Shown here piece by piece: positions 1-8,966 of a DNA stretch of 64,000 nt (position 1 is the first letter of the stretch; the number at the start of each line of letters is the position of its first letter). The DNA is from Dehalococcoidia bacterium (GTDB lineage: Bacteria; Chloroflexota; Dehalococcoidia; Lucifugimonadales; VXLM01), in contig OY759598.1 of NCBI GenBank assembly GCA_963662435.1, forward strand, positions 1,706,507 through 1,770,506, read 5' to 3'. A program made the position numbers and the translations under genes. The notes under the pieces are model-generated. The model saw nothing but the letters and a program-made list of their open reading frames with translations, was not told the origin of the DNA and did not search any database.

Positions 1-954
1 GGTGATGTTGATCGATTCGGGCACGCTGTTCGATTTGATACCGCCGCCGATGATGGTGGGCGTGAGCGTCATGCGCGAGGCCGCGCGGAGGGTGGTGGCC
101 ATGCGGGGATCGCGGGTCTCGAACTCTTCGATGATCGAGTCGATGTTGGCGGGTGAGGGTATGTCCTCGATGGCGAACTTGGACAGGTGCCGGAAGATGA
201 CCGCGGACGTGTCCCGCTCGGGCTCATAGCTTTCGATTCTGTTGAGTACCTGCGCCACCCGGTAGAGGGCGTTGGTGCCCATCCAGGGGACGGAGGCGTG
301 GGCGCTCGTGCCCTTCACTTCAATCTCGATCTGGAGGCGACCCTTCTCGCCGAGGTTGACGATGTATGCCAGGTTGCCGGCGGCGTCCGCAGGCTGGCCG
401 CCACCCTCATTGACCGCGTACGGGGCGGTGATCTTTTCAGGGTGGTTGTCGGCAAGCCAGCCGACGCCGAAGCGTCCGCCGTGCTCCTCATCGGCGGAGA
501 ACGAGAGCAGGAGGTCGTCCTTCAGCTCGATGGAGTTCCGGTGGAGGATTCGGCTCGCCATCATCTGAGCCGTCAGGAGGGCCTTGCAGTCAGACGATCC
601 CCTGCCGTATACCCTACCGTCGGCGATGGTGGCGCTGAATGGAGGATAGGTCCACTTGGTCTCATCCTCGACCGGGACCACGTCGAGGTGGGCCATGAAC
701 ATGAGGCCGGGCGTGCCGGAGAGGCCCTTCAGACTTGCGATGATGTTGCCGCGTCCAGGGGCGGACTCGAGGGTCTCGCTGTCCACTCCGTCCTCCGCAA
801 GCCAGTTGCGGATGTAGTCGCAGACGGCGGTCTCGTTGCCGGTGGGCATGAAGCCCGTATTGACGGATGGGATCCGGACGAGGTCCTGTTCCAGTCTTAC
901 GATGTCGTCACGGGCGGCGTCGACCTGGGCAAGCAGTTCATCGAGAGTCGGCAT
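1..954 (-). CDS. M20/M25/M40 family metallo-hydrolase (3' end runs off the window)
   Basis: Missing from the ORF track because it has no stop in the window. Manual translation from ATG 954: MPTLDELLAQVDAARDDIVRLEQDLVRIPSVN...AHLDVVP...GRGSSDCK...ADEEHGG...AVNEGGG...GEKG...AHASVP...GGIKSNSVP, i.e. the M20 metal-binding motifs. Confidence 0.9.
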   Translation of the reverse strand, partial: MPTLDELLAQVDAARDDIVRLEQDLVRIPSVNTGFMPTGNETAVCDYIRNWLAEDGVDSETLESAPGRGNIIASLKGLSGTPGLMFMAHLDVVPVEDETKWTYPPFSATIADGRVYGRGSSDCKALLTAQMMASRILHRNSIELKDDLLLSFSADEEHGGRFGVGWLADNHPEKITAPYAVNEGGGQPADAAGNLAYIVNLGEKGRLQIEIEVKGTSAHASVPWMGTNALYRVAQVLNRIESYEPERDTSAVIFRHLSKFAIEDIPSPANIDSIIEEFETRDPRMATTLRAASRMTLTPTIIGGGIKSNSVPESINIT

Positions 955-1051
955 TCTTCGGCCTCCGAGTACGGGTGCGGGTTAATATACTAGTTGCAGC
1001 GCCGTTGCATCTAGGGAGGCGTGGGACCTGGCAGTCAGGGGGCGTGATTAG

Positions 1052-1094
1052 CCGGACATTTCCGGACATTTTCGGTCAATTCTTTCGGCATTAC
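1052..1094 (-). repeat. 43-bp motif with three phased 10-bp direct repeats (AAATGTCCGG), copy 1
   Basis: Reverse complement reads GTAATGCCGAAAG-AATTGACCGA-AAATGTCCGG-AAATGTCCGG; 37/43 identical to 56670-56712 by manual alignment. Confidence 0.8.
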
Positions 1095-1126
1095 ACACTT
1101 ACAGGCGGGGTGAGTTTGCGAGGAGA

Positions 1127-1960
1127 GGGAGGCCCACTCTCTGTGTCTGTCCCCCGGCGGGGGAGAGATCGGGATTATTTCCCAGGTGTTACGTCCCCTG
1201 CCCTTCGACGGTCTCAGGGCGAACGGGACCTCGCCGGGCGGGCGTATTGAGGACCTCGCCGGTCGGGCGTATTGAGGACCTCGCCGGGCAGGCGTATTGA
1301 GGACCTCGCCGGTCGGGCGTATAGAGAACCTCGCTGGTCGGGCAGACCTCGCCGGTCGGGCGTATTGAGAGCCTCGCCGGTCGGGCGTATTGGGCAGGTG
1401 CTGGGTTCTGGGTGTTGGTTCTTGGCAGTTAGGTTGTTGCTGGGGGTCTGCCCTTCGACAGGCTCAGGGCGAACGGGTCTTCACTTTTGGCGTTGCGGGA
1501 GGCCCCCTCTCTATGTCTCTCCCCCGGCGGAGGAGGGATCGGGATTATTTCCCAGGTGTTACGTCCCCTGCCCTTCGACGGTCTCAGGGCGAACGGGACC
1601 TCGCCGGTCGGGCGTATAGAGGATCTCGCCGGTCGGGCGTATTGAGGGCCTCGCCGGCCGGCCGTATTGGGCAGGTGCTGGGTTCTGGGTGTTGGTTCTT
1701 GGCAGTTAGGTTGTTGCTGGGGGTCTGCCCTTCGACAGGGTCAGGGCGAACGGGTCTTCACTTTTGGCGTTGCGGGAGGCCCCCTCTCTATGTCTCTCCC
1801 CCGGCGGGGGAGGGATCAGAATTGTCGGCAGTGTCTGCCCCCCGGCAGGGGAGAGAATTGTTGGCAGTGTCTGTCCCTCGGCGGGGGAGGGATCGGGATT
1901 GTTGGCAGTGTCTCTCCCGGTGAGGGAGAGATCGGAATTGCCAGCATTTTTCCCAAGGGG
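1127..1960 (+). repeat. Nested mosaic tandem repeat built from REP-like modules and 18/25-bp hairpin arrays
   Basis: Higher-order units start at 1127, 1497 and 1774. Unit 1 holds 7 hairpin cores (1226-1393) and unit 2 holds 3 (1596-1670). About three ~38-bp units ATTGTTGGCAGTGTCTnTCCCnCGGnGGGGAG follow. Confidence 0.95.
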
Positions 1961-2006
1961 AGGAGAGGTTATTGGGTTGTGGGTGGATCTGCGAGTGATC
2001 GTGTGA

Positions 2007-2423
2007 CTAGCGAGTCGCGTGGGGACCGTTCGTATCATTCTCTTCCTTTGCCAGTTGAGAGAGGTAACGGGCGATGCGCTTGGCATCCTCGGAGAAGTCG
2101 AGCTTTGTACTGATGTTCACGGAGGTCTGCGCGGCGCGAAGGCTAATGTAGGGGTCGGGGTTGTCCATAGTCCTGGACAGTACCATCGCGGCCTTCAGGC
2201 CGAGTCCACGAAGCTCTGCCGTTGCGATCTCCGCTTCCAACTCCCGGAGTGCCAGGTAGCTGGCCTTGAAGTCGGGTTCGTTCATCCACCTACTAAGGGT
2301 CTTTTCCGATACGTTGACGGCAGTGGCGGTGTGCGCAAGTGTGTTACCGGCTGCGAGATGTGGTAGAGCCTGAACCTGCCTGGTCGAGAGGGAGTTATCG
2401 GTTGGCCTTACGTTTGGTGACAT
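2007..2423 (-). CDS. Small helix-turn-helix protein (N-terminal HTH resembling phBC6A51/terminase-small-subunit-like proteins)
   Basis: LSTRQVQALPHLAAGNTLAHTATAVNVSEKTLSRWMNEPDF fits an HTH pattern, followed by a helical C-terminus; 138 aa; promoter-like sequence upstream. Confidence 0.7.
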   Translation of the reverse strand: MSPNVRPTDNSLSTRQVQALPHLAAGNTLAHTATAVNVSEKTLSRWMNEPDFKASYLALRELEAEIATAELRGLGLKAAMVLSRTMDNPDPYISLRAAQTSVNISTKLDFSEDAKRIARYLSQLAKEENDTNGPHATR

Positions 2424-2491
2424 TCTTACGATCCTTTTGGCCCTCAGAGTTTTGCGGGCGGGGGGAAGTCACCAGCAGAGGGTCTGGATCG

Positions 2492-2520
2492 AGTGTAGCA
2501 CGTGTGTTCTGTTTTGTCCA
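2492..2520 (-). promoter_or_regulatory. Sigma70-type promoter with overlapping LexA (GAAC-N4-GTTC-type) box
   Basis: Minus strand: TGGACA-17 bp-TACACT. AGAACACACGTGCT (2497-2510) lies in the spacer and touches the -10; it has one mismatch to AGAAC-N4-GTTCT. Confidence 0.65.
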
Positions 2521-2536
2521 ATTCGGGGGATTGGGA

Positions 2537-2765
2537 GGGCCTCGCCGGTCGGGCGGACCTCGCCGGTCGGGCGTAAGGGGTGGGGGGGGGGATTCCCACG
2601 CGCGGGAATGACGGGTGGGGGGATAGCTGGTCGTTGGTTTCCTGGGTGTTGGGATCTGCCCTTCGACAGGCTCAGGGCGAACGGGGATTTGTTTGTGGCG
2701 TTGCGGGAGGTGGCGGTGGGTTGGATATGAGAAAGAAATAGGGGCGGGTCGTAAACCGCCCCTAT
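2537..2765 (+). repeat. Cluster of REP-like palindromes
   Basis: Two 18-bp hairpin cores (2537-2572), GGATTCCCACGCGCGGGAATGAC (2590), CCCTTCGACAGGCTCAGGGCGAACGG (2659) and AATAGGGGCGGGTCGTAAACCGCCCCTATT (~2737-2766). Confidence 0.9.
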
Positions 2766-2810
2766 TCTCTGTTGCACAAGTCCGGAATTCGTATGTCTGT
2801 GGTTGAATTC

Positions 2811-5075
2811 CTATTCCCAGTAGTCGGGGTCGAGGAAGTGGACGCTCGTGTATTTCTTGGACCGATTACCCTGGTTGCTTATGTTGTCGATGCCATCTTC
2901 GAAGTAGAAGGCCTCTTTGGTGCCACCGAAGCCGGACGGGAAGTGATTCTTTGGCGTGTTCCGAACGTTGTTGCGTCTCATGCGCATGCCACGGAAGATG
3001 CCTGTAAAGGCCAACCCGCCGATGTGGTACTTGCTCTCGGCGATCGTGCGGTAAATCTCCTTGCCAAGTTCGATGCGTTCGCTGCTAAACTGGGCGATTC
3101 TTCGTCCTTCGGTCCAAAGATCCTGCATGTGCCTGAGCTTCCCACTCGTATCCGCGGGGAAGGTATCTGCGGGCGCTTGAGGCAGGAAGTCCGGACTGGG
3201 GCCGATCGACATCCCCTCTCGGAAATTCGTCTGGTAGGCCTCACCGATAGTGGGTGCAAGCTGATTGCCCCTGACGAGCGGCACCAGGCGAGTCCATGCG
3301 ACCTGCCAGGGGTTATCGCCATAGCTCGAAGAGAGCATGACGAAGTACTGCTTGTTTCGTTCCGCGGCCCTGTATGCGCGCGCGCCCTCACGGATGGTGA
3401 GCTTGATGCCTATCTTCCTCCAGTCCGCCCGGAGAAGCTCGATGATTGAGAAGTGCTGGTCGTAGGCCTCAAAGTAGAGGGTCAGCGGCCCTGTGCCGTC
3501 CTTCCTATCGACGTAGCCGTCGCCGTCGCCGTCGGTATAGCCAAGTCCGGCGAGAAGCTGTTTGGCCTTTTCGATGTCGTGGCCGAGATCCAGTTTCGCC
3601 CATTCCTCACCGGGGTAGTAGGGTGTTGTCGGATGGGGAGTCCAGTTCTGTGGAGAGCCGAGGCCGGCAAGGACGGTCTCGTTGGTGGTGTCCCTGTTCC
3701 AACCGTAGGACAGCGCGAGCCGGAAGTCGTGGGTCCGCATGGCCTCGCCGAGCTCGGGGTCCTCGTTGTACTCCTGGTTGACGAGAACCGTCGTGTCACC
3801 GCCAGCGGCGGCGCGATAGATTTCCAGGCTGTAGTCACCCTTCTGTGCGTTGGCGAGATAGAGGGGCACTTCCTGGAGGATGAGATCACCGCTGCCGAGG
3901 TCACATTCTCCGGCCATGCAGCGGAACACGGCGACCTCGCGGCTCTCGACCTGGTAGGAGACGACTCCGTCCATGTAGGGAAGCTGGTTGCCGAGGGGGT
4001 CGACGCCCATAAAGTAATGGTTGCGGTCGTACTCGTTCCTCCCGTCCGAGAGCTCGGTCGTGACATAGCCGCCCGGCCAAGGGGCATAGTGATCGCCATC
4101 GTAGATGTACTCAGGATCGAACTCGGTGGGTACGGGTTTCGACTGGACGCCGAGGAAGTGACGCTTCTGCTGCATCTCCTCCATAAGTCCCTTCCAGGTA
4201 TCCCGGGAGTAGAAGCGCATAAGCTGGCGGATTTCGTCCTCGTCGCCATATTTCGGATGGTATCGCTTGTAGACGTGAGCGGCCGAGTAGAAGCAGGGGT
4301 TCCCGCCCTGGCACGACTTTGTGCCGCTGTATATCGCACCACTCTTGGACTCGATCAGGGTGTACGTCGGGCTGTCGAAGGTGAGGGTCCAGTTGAGGTC
4401 GTCGATCACATTGAATTTAGGCCCGTTGCCGGTAATGGGGTTGACGAGGGTAAGCGGAAGGCGCGGAATGTACTCGCGGTTCAGGTTGAGTTCCTCCCAC
4501 GCGAACCGGAAGTCCTCCATGGTAAGGGGATACCCATCCGACCATCGGGCGCCCCTGCGGAGGGTGAATTGGTAGGTCCTGCCGTCGGCGCTCAGTTTCA
4601 TGTCCTTGCAGATGGCGACTACCCGGCCGATGCCGTCCGCGTCACGGCGGAAGCAGCCGGTGGTGGTCAGCGAGTCGATCCTGCCGGGGATGCTGCCGGT
4701 CAGGCGCATGGTGCCGCCGTAGATGCCGACTTCGTTATCGAGAAGGACTACGAGAACGTCTTCCTGTATGGGGAGGCGTTCCTCGACGGGGAGAATCTTG
4801 CCTTCCTTCACGAGTTCCGCTGAGAAGGGGGACTCGTTGAATCTCGTAGGGATGGGTCCGTCCCATGCGTAGGTGGGATATCCTCCCGGCGGAATCTTGG
4901 GGGCGATATACGTCCCGTCGTCGAGCATGGTCGGCGGTGGAAGGTCGCCCCGGTCTACGGTGGTCTTAGTGAACCCCTCCGGTTCGGACGCTCCTCCACA
5001 AGCGAAGCCCACGATGGCCACGATAGCGGCGGCGAAGAGAAGGCCGGTGGTCTGAATGACGATAGTCGGCCGCAT
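2811..5075 (-). CDS. ABC transporter substrate-binding lipoprotein, family 5 (peptide/nickel type)
   Basis: ATG 5075 follows GGAGG; lipobox FACG; LPVEERLP, YGG, FTLRRGARWSDGYPLTMED, NHYFMGVDPLGNQLPYMD and FRLALS motifs. Confidence 0.9.
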   Translation of the reverse strand: MRPTIVIQTTGLLFAAAIVAIVGFACGGASEPEGFTKTTVDRGDLPPPTMLDDGTYIAPKIPPGGYPTYAWDGPIPTRFNESPFSAELVKEGKILPVEERLPIQEDVLVVLLDNEVGIYGGTMRLTGSIPGRIDSLTTTGCFRRDADGIGRVVAICKDMKLSADGRTYQFTLRRGARWSDGYPLTMEDFRFAWEELNLNREYIPRLPLTLVNPITGNGPKFNVIDDLNWTLTFDSPTYTLIESKSGAIYSGTKSCQGGNPCFYSAAHVYKRYHPKYGDEDEIRQLMRFYSRDTWKGLMEEMQQKRHFLGVQSKPVPTEFDPEYIYDGDHYAPWPGGYVTTELSDGRNEYDRNHYFMGVDPLGNQLPYMDGVVSYQVESREVAVFRCMAGECDLGSGDLILQEVPLYLANAQKGDYSLEIYRAAAGGDTTVLVNQEYNEDPELGEAMRTHDFRLALSYGWNRDTTNETVLAGLGSPQNWTPHPTTPYYPGEEWAKLDLGHDIEKAKQLLAGLGYTDGDGDGYVDRKDGTGPLTLYFEAYDQHFSIIELLRADWRKIGIKLTIREGARAYRAAERNKQYFVMLSSSYGDNPWQVAWTRLVPLVRGNQLAPTIGEAYQTNFREGMSIGPSPDFLPQAPADTFPADTSGKLRHMQDLWTEGRRIAQFSSERIELGKEIYRTIAESKYHIGGLAFTGIFRGMRMRRNNVRNTPKNHFPSGFGGTKEAFYFEDGIDNISNQGNRSKKYTSVHFLDPDYWE

Positions 5076-5207
5076 TGATTTTCCTCCAGTGGAGAGCAGG
5101 CTCTCCGAAAGCGGGCCGCGCGAGTTGCGCAACCCAGTACCTTATTGTCTCGTAGCTCTAAGTATAGACGGCTTGTTCACCTGTGCGGAGCACTATGCAC
5201 CATTAGT

Positions 5208-5357
5208 AATTGTTCAGTCTTGGTGAGATGAATCACGAAGACCCCCCTCTCTGTATCTCTCCCCCGGCGGGGGAGAGATTGTAGATTCTTCGTCGCTGCG
5301 CTCCCCAGAATGACAGCGAGAGAACTTTTCGTGCAATCTCACCAACTCTGAACAGTT
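5208..5357 (+). mobile_element. ~150-bp MITE/REPIN-like element with long terminal inverted repeats, copy 1
   Basis: TGTTCAGTCTTGGTGAGAT...ATCTCACCAACTCTGAACA encloses two REP hairpins; second copy at 7608-7755. Confidence 0.7.
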
Positions 5358-5364
5358 GCCACCA

Positions 5365-5739
5365 TTATTCTTTCTCGAATACCTGAATCAACCCTTCCAT
5401 ACCCGGGTTGAGCTTGTCGTAGTACTCGAACTTGCCGACCCTAGGGAACAGAATGTACCCAGTACGCCGCCCCTCTTCGATTGGACCGGTATCGAATGCA
5501 CCGTTCTTGGCCGTTACGGAGTGGGCTATGTCACCGAGGTTGCGCCACCGTATTCGGTTGCCTACATAGATGTTGATGTCCGGATGGTCGCCGTCGTAGA
5601 TGTCCGCAGTCACATCATCGGAGGACGGCGTTGGGGTCGGGCGAGCCTCGATGTCCCCGCCTGAACCGTTGCCACAGGCGAGAGAGGCCAGCGCAAGCAG
5701 TGGAACGGCAAGCAATAACAGGATAGCACGACCTACCAT
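5365..5739 (-). CDS. Cupredoxin/plastocyanin-like lipoprotein with degenerate copper ligands
   Basis: Lipobox LACG; VGNRIRWRN..IAHSVT..FDTG..G.FEYYDKLNPGMEGLIQV matches the blue-copper pattern, but D and N replace Cys and His. Confidence 0.75.
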   Translation of the reverse strand: MVGRAILLLLAVPLLALASLACGNGSGGDIEARPTPTPSSDDVTADIYDGDHPDINIYVGNRIRWRNLGDIAHSVTAKNGAFDTGPIEEGRRTGYILFPRVGKFEYYDKLNPGMEGLIQVFEKE

Positions 5740-5969
5740 TCAAGCACCTTCGTGGGCGACACGCTAATGGCCTACGTCAGACGACATACGAGTCGTATTT
5801 TAGGAAGATATGAACAGATATGTCAATCAAACTCGAGTTGGGCCCTTAGAAAAAAGCGTCGGGCTGCTGGTCGCTTTGGGATATAATGAATGCCGTCGTC
5901 CTGGACAGGCGTCGGGGACGGCGTGCTGATATGCTTACGACGCCAATGAACTTGCGATGGGACGGAGCT

Positions 5970-6410
5970 ATGAAACGACAGGTCATCAAGATTTCTCTTA
6001 CTGTTCTCACTCTGGCGATAGTTGGGCTTCTCGCGTCCGCCTGCGGCGAGGCGACGAGCGAGGTGATCGGTATCCTGAAGAGCAACGGTTTCAACGTGGG
6101 ACCGGAGAGTGACGAGAGACTGGTGTTCATCGGCGCGCCGCATGATACGAGCGTCAAGGTGAACGGGCGAGATGTTCTCATCTACCGGTTCAACGACCGC
6201 GACGATCTCCGCGAGGCCCTAATCGCGATCGACGACATCATCAGGGCCGGAACGGGCTTCTGGGGATATGACGCCGAGAACCCCGGCGCGTCCTATCACG
6301 AGCGCGGCCTCTACATCCTCTACTTTGGCGATCACCCCGATGCCGCGAGGATTCGGGAGGTGATGGAAAAGGACATCAAGTACCAGGAGCTCGAGTCGGA
6401 GGACGAGTAG
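5970..6410 (+). CDS. Hypothetical lipoprotein
   Basis: ATG 5970 after GGAG; MKRQVIK + hydrophobic stretch + LASACG lipobox. Confidence 0.75.
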   Translation: MKRQVIKISLTVLTLAIVGLLASACGEATSEVIGILKSNGFNVGPESDERLVFIGAPHDTSVKVNGRDVLIYRFNDRDDLREALIAIDDIIRAGTGFWGYDAENPGASYHERGLYILYFGDHPDAARIREVMEKDIKYQELESEDE

Positions 6411-6569
6411 CGGGTTTCCGGAAGTGGCCGAATCTGATCCTGGTGAGTTTGACGACCTTATTGAGCATTTGCCCTTCGACAGGCTCAGGGTAAAAGGGTC
6501 TTTCTCTGAGGCTCAGAGCGTGACGAGTATTCGGTGCGGGGATAACGAATTTCTCTCCAGGACACCCAC

Positions 6570-7370
6570 TCAAGCCGGCTTTCTGGCAACGTAGATGATG
6601 TTGAAGGGTACCTTACTCATCCGCTGATAGTCGGACTCCCAGGTTGATCCACGGTACGGGATTTTGGCCTTCTCGGCGTCGGACATCCGATGGATGGGAT
6701 ACGGGACAGGCTCCAGGATTCGCTCGACGGAGAAGCCGACGCCGGTGAGGGTGGAGAACATCTCCTCGACGGTGCGGAAGAAGGTGAGTCCACGTTGTCC
6801 GTCCGTTTCGGCCACGTCGTGCCAGACCTCGACCGGCATGTTGAAGTAGTTTTCCACGAGAAGGGCGTTCCGGCTCTCGTCCCACTCGAACGCCGCGAGC
6901 GGGTGGACGGTCGAGATCACGGCGAAGCCCCCGGGGCTGAGGACGCGATACCACTCTCGCAGACTCGCTTCGATATCGGCGACAAATTCGATGCCGTTCG
7001 ACGAGAGGATGATGTCGAACGACTCGTCGGGAAACATGGTGAGGCGCTGGATGTCGGCCTGGATGAGGGATACGACGGCGCCTTTGCAAGTCACGAGGCG
7101 GCGGGCGTGGGCCAGTTGATTGGCCGAGAGATCGACGGCGGTGACGGAGGCGCCCCACCCCGCCAGAGCGATGGAGTTCTGGGCGGCTCCACAGGCGAGT
7201 TCGAGGGCGCGTTTGTCACGGACGTTTCCGAGGAGGCGGAGTTCCTTCTCGCCGGGAATGAGGGGGCCGTAGTGAACGTCGTCAGTGGAGATGATGGCGT
7301 GGCGCTGGTAGCGGTCAGACATCTGGTCCCAGCCGGACATGACGGCGCGCTTCAGGGGGAGGTCAGTCAA
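6570..7370 (-). CDS. Class I SAM-dependent methyltransferase
   Basis: ALELACGAAQ motif I, VDLS, SFDII, VLSPGG. Confidence 0.9.
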   Translation of the reverse strand: MTDLPLKRAVMSGWDQMSDRYQRHAIISTDDVHYGPLIPGEKELRLLGNVRDKRALELACGAAQNSIALAGWGASVTAVDLSANQLAHARRLVTCKGAVVSLIQADIQRLTMFPDESFDIILSSNGIEFVADIEASLREWYRVLSPGGFAVISTVHPLAAFEWDESRNALLVENYFNMPVEVWHDVAETDGQRGLTFFRTVEEMFSTLTGVGFSVERILEPVPYPIHRMSDAEKAKIPYRGSTWESDYQRMSKVPFNIIYVARKPA

Positions 7371-7396
7371 GGGTGGAACCGGGAAGGAGTCAATGT

Positions 7397-7472
7397 TGGT
7401 GGCCCCAACGGAATTCGAATCCGTGTTTCCGGCTTGAAAGGCCAGCGTCCTAGTCCTCTAGACGATGGGGCC
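7397..7472 (-). tRNA. tRNA-Glu(TTC) with encoded CCA
   Basis: Reverse complement GGCCCCATCGTCTAGAGGACTAGGACGCTGGCCTTTCAAGCCGGAAACACGGATTCGAATTCCGTTGGGGCCACCA folds as a cloverleaf with anticodon TTC. Confidence 0.97.
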
Positions 7473-7607
7473 ACGTCTTGACCTGCGAGTGTGATCTCGA
7501 GGCCGTTATCGGTCTTGAAACCGCGGTGAGACGTGGAAGTCCCAACGCCGACCAACAGTAGTATTGTACCAACTTATCCGGCTGTCGCCACGTTTTTCGC
7601 GTGACGG

Positions 7608-7755
7608 GACTGTTCAGTCTTGGTGAGTTGAGTCGCGAAGACCCTCTCTCTAGTATCTCTCCCCGGCGGGGGAGAGATTTATTTTCTTCGTCGATAAGCT
7701 CCTCAGAATGACAGCGAGAGAACAATTCGCGCAATCTCACCAACTCTGAACAGTT
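7608..7755 (+). mobile_element. ~150-bp MITE/REPIN-like element, copy 2
   Basis: Homologous to 5208-5357 with the same termini and internal REP hairpins; same orientation. Confidence 0.7.
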
Positions 7756-7847
7756 GCATGCGACGGGATTGAGGAAATCACGCAGGAGATGTTTGGCCGG
7801 CTGGAATTCGTGAAGGGCGCACGGGTACGGAGAGGCGCCGTGGGACG

Positions 7848-8870
7848 CTAGGCCTCTTCGGGCTCGGCGGGCGTGTTTTTCTCGCAGTGGATCGCGTCGC
7901 GGTCGCCGAGGGTAGTCTGTCGCTGAAGGTCGTCCGCTTCGACGTCGAAGCACTGTGACGGGTCCTTGTTTTCCTGCCGGGACAGCCAGGGGAGACAGTA
8001 TTTGGGGGGCAGGTTCTTGATGGTCGGCTGGCACACCAGGAATTGGAAGAGCTTCCACTCGGGATGCTCGTATACGTAGCTGAGCTTGAACGGGACGGGT
8101 TTAGGCTCCACCGGGTAGAATCCCCGGAGGACCATGACGTCCTCAATGGTGGTGAAGTCTTCTTCGTCAATACCGAGGCCCACGTCCTCGAAGGTGGGCA
8201 ATTCAAGGTAAACGGGAGCGAGTGTCTCAATTCCCGTCAGGTCAACATCAGCATCGATATACGGCTGGTAGGCGACCTGGATACGTTCGAGCGTGATGCC
8301 GATGGTGAAAGAGTCGGACATGAAATTGTAGAAGGATGCCATGTCGCCGGCCTCGATCGACTCACGGAAGACCATGATAGTCTCGCCCGTGAGCTGGTTG
8401 AGGTCTTCGCGGAATGGGATCTGCTTGAACCATGCGCCCGGCCCGACGTTGGCGCGGTCGTCGCCGACGAAGGCGTTGATCTTCCAGTCGCCCTCCTCGC
8501 GGACGACATCGACCGTGAACTTGACGTCCTGACCTCCGAGGTCGATGAGGGTGCCACGGATTCGAGAGCGATTGCTGAGTTCGAGGGTGCGGTCTCTCCA
8601 GACATCCAGCCGGTAGGTGAGGGGGAGTCCGACCAGCTCCATCATCTTGTCGAACTCTTCGGGGGTCTGAAGGGCGCGGAAGTGTGCGGTCGTGTTGGCG
8701 CTATAGGCCTCGGCCGTGTTCCTCTCATGGAGGAGATGGAGGAATTGCTCCGCCACTCCCGCGGAGTCGTTGGTGTCGAAGGCGACCCAGGTGAACATCG
8801 TTGTCGAGCACGCGCCGACGGCCAGAAAGACCACGATCAGCGCTCGGAGGATAATTTTTTTCTTTCTCAA
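7848..8870 (-). CDS. Membrane-anchored hypothetical protein with two NTF2/DUF4864-like modules
   Basis: N-terminal TM/signal; two modules ending VVREEGDWKINAF and YVYEHPEWKLFQF; Cys-containing tail. Confidence 0.65.
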   Translation of the reverse strand: MRKKKIILRALIVVFLAVGACSTTMFTWVAFDTNDSAGVAEQFLHLLHERNTAEAYSANTTAHFRALQTPEEFDKMMELVGLPLTYRLDVWRDRTLELSNRSRIRGTLIDLGGQDVKFTVDVVREEGDWKINAFVGDDRANVGPGAWFKQIPFREDLNQLTGETIMVFRESIEAGDMASFYNFMSDSFTIGITLERIQVAYQPYIDADVDLTGIETLAPVYLELPTFEDVGLGIDEEDFTTIEDVMVLRGFYPVEPKPVPFKLSYVYEHPEWKLFQFLVCQPTIKNLPPKYCLPWLSRQENKDPSQCFDVEADDLQRQTTLGDRDAIHCEKNTPAEPEEA

Positions 8871-8966
8871 CGTGGTCCTTTGTGCTCAGTCTTCGTTTGG
8901 GCAACCCTTCGAAATGCTCAGGGCAAATGGGTTGTGCTATCTATTTACACCCATTTTGCGATTATA

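Noticed and set aside
1226..1670. CRISPR array
   Set aside because: Units are contiguous or joined by near-constant 7-bp linkers, with no unique spacers and no cas genes. The same applies to the arrays at 42241 and 46551.
867..2113. Overlapping ORFs across the repeat region, including two with identical N-termini
   Set aside because: They are translations of the tandem repeats, with no RBS or recognisable domain.
7397..7472. tRNA-Glu as an integration site for a genomic island
   Set aside because: No duplicated tRNA 3' end and no integrase were seen.
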